Source of the DNA: Zygnema circumcarinatum SAG 698-1b | Taxonomy: Eukaryota > Plantae > Zygnematophyceae | NCBI GenBank assembly: GCA_037447605.1 | Contig: CM074807.1 | Coordinates: 1,488,001-1,552,000 of the forward strand | Direction of reading: 5' to 3' | Length of the DNA stretch: 64,000 nt | Part shown: positions 56,130 through 64,000 of the stretch, in pieces | Layout: each line of letters starts with the position of its first letter | Position numbering within the stretch: position 1 is the stretch's first letter | Notes under the pieces: generated by a model | The model's input: only the letters and a program-made list of their open reading frames with translations | Database searches by the model: none | What the model was told of the DNA's origin: nothing | Translations under genes and position numbers: made by a program

Positions 56130-57383
56130 GGCGGCTGGAGAGTCCTCCGCGCCTCTCCCTCCCCCTCCCCCTCCCCCTCCCCGGTTCCCTCTCCCTCCCT
56201 CTCCTGCTCCTCCCTCTTCTGGTAGGACGCCATGGCCGCTAGACTCGACCCAAGCGTTTCCATGCGTGGTTGTGGTTAAGCGTTGTTTGTTTCGTCGCCG
56301 TTACGGTTGAGGGTCGAACTGCGAAACATGGAACTGCTGAAGGGCAGCTTCGCCTTTGTTCGAGCAGAGGGAGTGCGGGAGGGAGTAGGGACCACGGCAG
56401 ACATAATAATTGATAAAAAATAAAAAATTGAATTAATATGAAGTTCTTATTATTCGTAAAGAAGAATGATGAGGATTTGTTTATTCGTCACTGGTTGAGC
56501 ATTCGATCAATTCAATGGAGGTCCAACGGCTCGGCTCCATTGTGTGACATTAAAAATATTGGGGTATCCGCGCGTTTGAATGTGGCTGTCTGAACAATGG
56601 AAACAAACTGAGACAAGGCCCAAATGTTTAACTGGAAAGAATTCCAAGCCTCTGAATCTCATATTCAATCTAATTGAATTAATTTGAGAAAAGAACTAAA
56701 TGCCCAAAGACGTGTTCAAATGTCAAAACAAGGTGTTAGATTTTCACATCTATGTGAGGAAGGCAGACTGCAACAGGGGGTTGGTTCTCCATGCCGGGGT
56801 GTTCCCTACCAGAACTTCAATCCTGCCAGAGCTGCTTTCAAGTCTAATTCTACATGACTTAACTCTATGACTCTCCTACACCCTCTCAAAGCCAACATCA
56901 GCAGCTGCTCCTGCTTCATCCTGCTAGCAACCACCGCGCGCCATCAGCTGTGGAGGGAAGCTACAAAAATATTGGACTAAGCATAAACAAAACACGTTCC
57001 AGCACGGAACCGCATCTAAGTCTGCTGTACATCGAGCAGAATAAGCCAACTATTTGCCCGCAACAAGGCCACCCTCATGTTCAAACTCCTCCGTAGCCTC
57101 TTGCAGCCAGTTGCCCTCAGCCACGTGCTGGCAGGCAGGCAGACTCGCCTACCTTTATTTCCTCCTCCTCCATCTTCAGGCTCGCAAATGGCCTTCCTAG
57201 CTGCGCCGATGGCACGTGGAGGGCAGAGAGAGGCTTAGGGCAGGTTCAACATTGGCCACACAAAAATCAAAGTCGTGATACGCCCTGAGAGTACCTATAG
57301 GCGGCCTGCCCCTAACGAGATGCGGCGTCCATTCAGGGCAGGGCAGGGGGGCGGCATTCTAAAAGATTCGGCTGCTTTCTCGG

Positions 57384-60300
57384 CTATTGCGCTGCAACGG
57401 CAGCTGTCTGAAGTTGCAGAGGACGTCCGCAGCCTTCCAAGGTCCTCTGTGAAAGTGTGGGAACACTCAACACTTGGTTCGCTCCGTCAGGCAGACAGCA
57501 CCATTCCAGATAGAAATAACGAGTTGTGTGTTTCTCAAAAGCGTAGTTGTCGGTTTGATTGTAAAACCTGCGGGGTTTCCAGAGGCTGCCATCAGCTTCT
57601 TACCTTTTCAACAGCTGCCTAAAAAACCCAGAAGAGCTCACATAAGATGCAAAGCTCCACTGGACATGATGCAGCAAAAGGAAAAAAGCAACGAGGGATT
57701 CACCTGCAAAAAGCATTCTTTGCGTCCGCAAAGTGCAGCACTCTTGTACTCTTGAGCCCTCCTAGGATTTCACGCACTTCCACATCTGTCGCATTTGATG
57801 GCAGCATCACTTGCGAGTGAAGGGCACCTTCTCCAGTGCCGTCAGAGGGGTTCTTAATCCCAACAGTCAGCCTGAGGACTCCACACACGTCAAAAGCACA
57901 TCAGCAAAGTAAACTACTGTGAGACCTACCGAGCTATCACGATAACGAGTGCCGGTTTCAACTTGCTCCGTGGCTTAAGAGCTGAGATAACTACCACGGC
58001 AATAGACCCACAACAATAGCACCACCCAGTCCGTCCTCCCTCCCTGATGGACAAATCGTTCCAGGAAGCAAACCATTCCAGTAATCTCCACTTACCGAGA
58101 ATTCAGAATTTCCGGAGAAACGCGAGGGTTTTCCAAAAATGTGCTCTGACGCCAACGAATGCTTCTTGCATCACGCCCCCAAAAGTAAGGATTGATGAAG
58201 TGGTCAATTGGGCAGACGAAGGGAGGATCAACATCTCCTCCCGGTGCTCTACAGGGCGGCGTTAACTTGTCCCACCACCTGCAGTGAAATGCAGACTCAC
58301 CTTCAGGCCTGCTTGCCCGTATTCAACTCGGCTTCGGCATCCGCAGGGAGCTATACGGTCTGAATTGAGATTGTGAGGAGAAAATTCGAAAGCACTGAAC
58401 CAAAAGAAACTCGGGAGGAAGGGCGGGAAGAGTCGCACCTGTCGCAGAAGCAGGTGACTTTGGGCAAAATGAGGTAGCGGTCCAAAATGTCAGCTATAGC
58501 ATAAGCGTTTTGAAGAGCCTCCTGTATTTCACTTGCAAGCAGCTGTCACAAGTTGGCTACAACTGTTTGCTTTCGCAACCCAAAACAACACGCAAGTCTA
58601 CTTCTTACGTTGCTGCTTTAAAGAAGTTCACCACCGACTAGTTGGTCATTGAAGAACCTTCAAAAGGGCAAAGCAAGTGAGACATACTATCTGCATTTCT
58701 GGACGCTCAACTACCAACTTTCAGCATGCACGCTCCTTTCAGAAGGGGCTTGATTTCTCTACATTGAAATCGCTGACTGATTTAATTCGAATTACTTTCA
58801 GTTCCTTTGCTAGCCAATTGGTGCGCACGTACATGGTAGTATGCAAAGGCAGCCTTGTGTCGCTCGATTCCTTCCGGTATCCCGTACACCCATTCTGGAG
58901 TCTTCACATCAAACGAAACAAAATTGCCACTTGTGTAGAACCTGCAGCCATGATCAAATTATGACACGACACTGCATTTCAGCTGCCTGCCTTGCCATTA
59001 TCACGAAGAGAGAGCCGAAAAGGAAGCCGTAATTTCAAGTTCGTCTAGCTTCTATTTTCCATCTCAAGATGTGTATTATCCGGCAGCTGCAGAGTCTATA
59101 GTTCCTGGAAGCATAACCTACTCGTCCGGATCAAGAAGCCAAAGTCCGTGCTCCCGGAATCTGGCAGTCTTGCCATCTCCATAATAAAACTGAAACGTGT
59201 TGTGCACTACATATGGTTGGAGGCCAAGCTTCTGCGGAATACGTTGGACAAAGTACATATGACCGTTACAGAACTCCGCGGGAGGAAGGACCCCGAGACG
59301 AATAGTGAAGTTGAAGGTCCAAAAGATGCGGTTGTGGCGTGGCCGGCCATCCGCATGCTTGACTACCTGAATGAACCCCCAACAGCAATAGACAAATTTT
59401 ATTACTTCGGGAATTTTGCATACAAATTAAAACTTCACGCACACTAGATGACTTCCCAGAATGCCAAGAAAATTATCGACCGTCTAGCTTCTTATCCTGA
59501 GAAGAGTAAAGGCAATAACTTTTCCGGATGCTAACTTTGCCTCTAAGTGGAAGTGCAACAATGTGATGGTGGCTCAAAGCACAATGCAGCAGGGCACGTA
59601 TGTACTGTCCATGTGCTTGCCTGGATAGGGAACATTTTGATCCGCATGAGCTGATTCAGAGCATGCTGATCACCCCAAACCAAAGGCCAATCTCGACTTT
59701 TCCCTCGTGTTCTGCGCCGCGGCAGATAATGCTGCAGGTCAGTAGAAAGCCGTAGCCCTCCTATACCTGACAGGTCTCTACTTCACAAATCATTTGAATT
59801 TCAGGAAACAGCGACCTACAAGGTACTCTGAAGAGCTTTTACAATCTTTTTGCCGGTAAGCCACGCAAGAGCTCAGACTGTAAGCAGATGACATACGAAG
59901 GCGAGTTGCAACCCACCGCATAACATCGTGCCATTCGATGCAAAAAGTTAATGTTTCGGGAGTCGCTCGCAGGTAAAGGACGCCCGTGTTGAATGCATGC
60001 TCGTAAACGTTCCCAAATATCTCTTTTGCACGATCTGTGGCGAAACGAAACCAGCCCTGAACATCTTGATTCACTTTGACGGTTGGGTCTGCCTGCATGC
60101 TGCACATGTGATATTGAGCAGGGAGTGAAATCATTGGCTCGCCAAGCAGTGGCACTTTTGCTCTGCATACCTGCATGCTGATAAAAATCCACTTGCTTCT
60201 CCAGGGACTCACCTTGCAATATCGTTACTATGTGAGACAGAATCTGTCGTCACAAGAAGGTCTGTCGCACCCATTTCTCCGTGTACGCTTGTGATGTTCA

Positions 60301-61327
60301 CTGGATTTCTGAGCCACGCCACATCCGTGTCACTCATGAGCACGTCCCACCCTAATTCTACTATGCTAAGAATAAAAGCTGTCTTCAGAGTTCCCATATG
60401 CTTGAAGGCCTCCGGATCCCTCCGGAAATCCTCCTGCTTAACTTTGCTGCTCAGCAAAATGCTCGAGACACCCATCTCTGCCGCCACCTGCACGCCACAT
60501 CCACATGCTCTCAGATTCCTCCCAAAATGTCTCACTCTTGTCAAAGGCGGCCGGGAAGGGATGATACTATTCTTCACTGCAAACCGACATGGACGCACAC
60601 TCCGCCATAGTTTGTTCGACCTCTCCCCTTGCAACAAACAAACCCGCACTGTAAATTAGGTTTCTTCGCAAAAACGCACCTGATGCACTTCCGGATTTAA
60701 GGAGGCTACGAGAACATTGGTCATGTTGGCGCGGAGCACGTGCTTAATCCAGTTGAAAAGCATCTCTTTAAACGCCATGTTCGCAATTGTTCCCACCACG
60801 GGCAGGCCCGGCTTCATCGTGCTCAGCAGCTGCTTCAGGTCTCCTTGATCCACCATTTTATGACGAACCATGGGGTCCGCAGCATATGAATAATTACCCT
60901 CCGGGCCGGGGCTGACCTCATTGGTAACAGATGCATTGTTTACCGTAGTAGCTCTTATTCTAGCTTTTTCAGCCATGGCCGTACGGATCTCAGTCAGCAT
61001 CCCCTTGACAGTGGCCGAGTGACCCGCCATGGTCCTCGGCTGCGGAAGAGGTGTGGGAGGCCACACTATGGAGAGGCTCCGTTTGTCATCCACACCGCCT
61101 CTCACTGAGCGAGAAGCAAGCAGGAACGAGTTCGCCAGAAACCCTAACAAGCCAAGAGCGCCAAGGAAAGCGAAGAGCAGCAGACTGGTCGATAGATGCG
61201 GCCTTCGCGAGCTCTGCTGCACCTTCCTTCCCACAGCCCCGCGATGCGGTACGCCCCTGCAGCTCGCATCCTCACTTGCGTAGGGCGCCATATCACCTGC
61301 AGCTGCTTGCCATGCGCGGGAGCCCAA
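57384..61327 (-). CDS. GT77 nucleotide-diphospho-sugar transferase, XEG113-like arabinosyltransferase
   Basis: Type II TM segment (LLLFAFLGALGLLGFLANSFLL), VVGTIANMAFKEMLFNWIKHV, FKHMGTLKTAFIL..VELGWDVLMSDTDVAWLRNP (DxD motif), FNTGVLYLRAT..F..EW, and a C-terminal F.....RYF..WCC motif; stop at 57384. Internal exon boundaries were not all resolved. Confidence 0.82.
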
Positions 61328-63659
61328 CCCGCCTCCCCGCAGGCTCCCCCGGCGCAGCTCTCAGTGCCCCTCCCGCCCTGCGCGCAACCACGGCGGCCCT
61401 GCGCGAGGGGGAGGCCGCGGCCGCCATTGCCCCTCGCAGGCGGAGCTGCAACCGCCCAGACCCGCCTGCCGAGTCGCGCCCCGCCTGAAAGGCGCCTGCC
61501 GGCCGCCCCCCGGAGGGGGGGGGGGAGGACAACAGCCGGCCGTACGGTGTGAACCGTACGGTACGGCTCCCGCCTGCTGCCGCGGTTGGATGGGACTGTG
61601 AGTCACTGGACAGCGGATGGGGCCGCCCCGCAGGGCGCCCAGGCCGGCTGGCAGGGAGCCGTACAACTGCGGCGGTTGCGCCGGTCGGAGTTCGCCTGCG
61701 CGCGAATCGCGCGATGCAAAAAGGGACAGGCCGACGGCGACGAGCGTGCCGGAATCCGTCGGATTCTGTGACGGCGGGCGATTCTGGTCCGTACCGCCGG
61801 GTTAAAGTTTTTTTTTCTACCTCAGTAATTTCTTGGCAACAAGAGAGTTGGACAACAAAGGAAATGATTATTGCGGGAGGTCGAGAAACAGAACAACTGT
61901 TGCTGTTATTGCGAGCTGTTCAACATTTGGACGAAGGGAAATTGCATTTCCGTACAGATTGGAAGAGGGTTTTTGTGTTCACATGGCCCAACTGAGCAAC
62001 TCTCGTCAACTTCTGCTGACGTGGTTCAACTGTGCTGATGTATGCTCGCACATGCGGACGGTTGAATCGTTTGGAGACGGGGGAAGTTGAATGAACCTCT
62101 CGAAGTTCGGGTCCCGTCAAGTCGCCATACCGGAAAGCTTCCAAAAGCTAGATCACATACCAAAATTCGCGGCCCGATCGAAGTAGCGCAGTTCAACTTC
62201 GTTTAGAGGTTGAGAAACTGTCCAACCAGCCTTTCAGCCAACACCGAGGGAGGAGGTTTGAACCACGAGAGGGCGACATTTCCAAGGCGTCGGTGCGCAA
62301 AGTTCCAAAGTTCAAGGCAGACCGAATTCCTATTTCCTCGAGTTTCCCGTTCAGCTTGAACTCAGCGACATTGCCCAATCCAACCATTTCCCCGCGCTGG
62401 CTGTCGTCCCACACGTGTCGCTTTACTGCAGCTTCCGAGTCTGCCTCCAAACCTGCATCCCGCCAATGCCAGACAGCCAGCAGGCCCTGCTGACGTGCCT
62501 GCCAGCCTGCACGCATTCCGTACGAAGCGCCCACAGTGTCTCCGTATGGTACGGCAGTTCCGCCCGGCCGGCCCCGCCCCGCCCCGCCCCAAGGATCTGC
62601 AACAGCCAGCCGCGCCGGTCACCGGACCGGACCGGACCGTACGGCCTCGGGACTTCTTTGGCGAGTCGGCGGGCGGGCGGGCGGCAGGGACGCGTAGATT
62701 ATAGACAGATATTTGCCACGTGGCAGGGCGCACAAGTCGGCATGCGCGGCGTGCGCCGCGTGGCAGGTGGTCTTGTCGCTTGCGTGGGCGGACGGGCGGG
62801 CGGGCGGGCGGGCGAGCTGCCAGCCTGGCCGAGCGGCCCCTCCCCCTCGAGGGGGCAGATTCCTATCCTTCCTGGCGCGCGCGTCACGTCATGTCACGTC
62901 ACGTTACTCGCGGGCCGGCCCGGGCCTGGCCGGCAGAACGGATGGATGCATGCATGGATGGGTGGGTGCCTTCCTTTCGCCAGCAGCCATGCCCATGGGC
63001 ATGGGCATGGGCATGGGCCATGGCCGCCTGCGCGATGCATGTATGCGCGGCCCGACTGCAGGACGGCGGGCCCGCAGCGAGCCCCCTTCCCTCCCTCCCC
63101 TCCTGACGAGGGTCGACAGCGCGGTAAGAGTCGCCTCCTCGCGTCCGCCCTCCTCCTCCTCCTCCGCTATTGTTATTATTGCGAGTGGGCGGGCGGCCCT
63201 CCTCCAGCGAGACGCGCCCCACAGTGGCTGGCGATCGTTTCGGCTGCCTTTAGACAGAGCCGTGTTGCTGGCTGGGCCTGTTGGCAGCGTGCTGCACGTG
63301 GCCTTTCCTTCTAAATTTGTGACCATTTCACGTTGCTTCCACGTATCTTCTTTTTCCATGTACATGATGGTGACACTACCGTCAGATCAATGTCTATCTT
63401 AATATCTTAGTTTGCACATTGATGTACCGCAACAGAATACCTTATTCTCAAATCCCTATTTACAAGCAAAATAAAGTGATTTTTTTTGTAAACGTAAGGT
63501 CGGTGCGCTACCGTTATCCAATGGCCCCTCCCTTGAACCACAACTTGTACGTTACATTTAAAAAAAGATAGAAGCAAGGGAGGGCTACCTCGAGTGGCGA
63601 GGCCCTTCGGAGGTAAGATAACGCCTTATGCTTATCGCACAAGACTGGCCCTATCCAAG

Positions 63660-63975
63660 ATTTAACCTGTCCTGATGGCATCGCCATCGTGAGATCAAAG
63701 CCAAATCCTATCTGTTTCCACTGATGCCATTACAGGATTACTCCGGTGTAGTTGCTTGAGAGTTTGTAACAAAGCCAAAGGTCCGGTACAGAAACGAGCA
63801 TCCATTCCTTAAGCCATCCCTAAGAAGCATGTCCACCAGCCACCCTAGCAGGGAGTTGCCACCTAAACAAGCACCGCGGATGGGCCACGGATGCAACAGA
63901 TGCCAGCATGCGACTCTCTCCTAAACCGGATGGCCCTTCTCAATGACACGAAGAAACTGCCGAGCAAGAAAGACT
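63660..63975 (-). mobile_element. Possible second decayed hAT-like fragment
   Basis: Carries the dispersed repeat core (63673-63703). Minus-strand frames read FLARQFLRVIEKG...LVDMLLRD...GFDLTMAMPS, the same motif order as the 1.1-1.6 kb fragment. Confidence 0.35.
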
Positions 63976-64000
63976 GCAAAAGAAGAGAAACGGAGAAACA

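Overview
Intron-rich eukaryotic nuclear DNA from the green-plant lineage. The gene set (GUN4, TGD4, plant-type YAK1, XEG113-like GT77, betaine-lipid methyltransferase) and the GC-rich, microsatellite-laden promoters suggest a streptophyte alga or other non-seed streptophyte; this is inference and the species cannot be fixed from the sequence. I reconstructed gene models by hand from GT-AG sites and remembered homologues. In order: the 5' end of DDI1, GUN4, ATP23, YAK1, a terpene-synthase-fold gene, a PDI, a stand-alone BtaB-like methyltransferase, TGD4, an LRR-kinase, a transketolase, two tandem SMP-30/lactonase paralogues and a GT77. There are also decayed hAT-like fragments, a MITE-like element, a telomere-like tract and recurring promoter motif arrays. 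The most notable item is a two-exon microbial-type class I terpene-synthase-fold gene (20864-22329) in which nearly all canonical Mg2+/diphosphate-binding motifs are substituted but the frame is intact. Next are a membrane-anchored bacterial-type LRR-kinase and a BtaB-only half of the normally fused BTA1 betaine-lipid synthase. No database searches were run; all family assignments rest on motif recognition.
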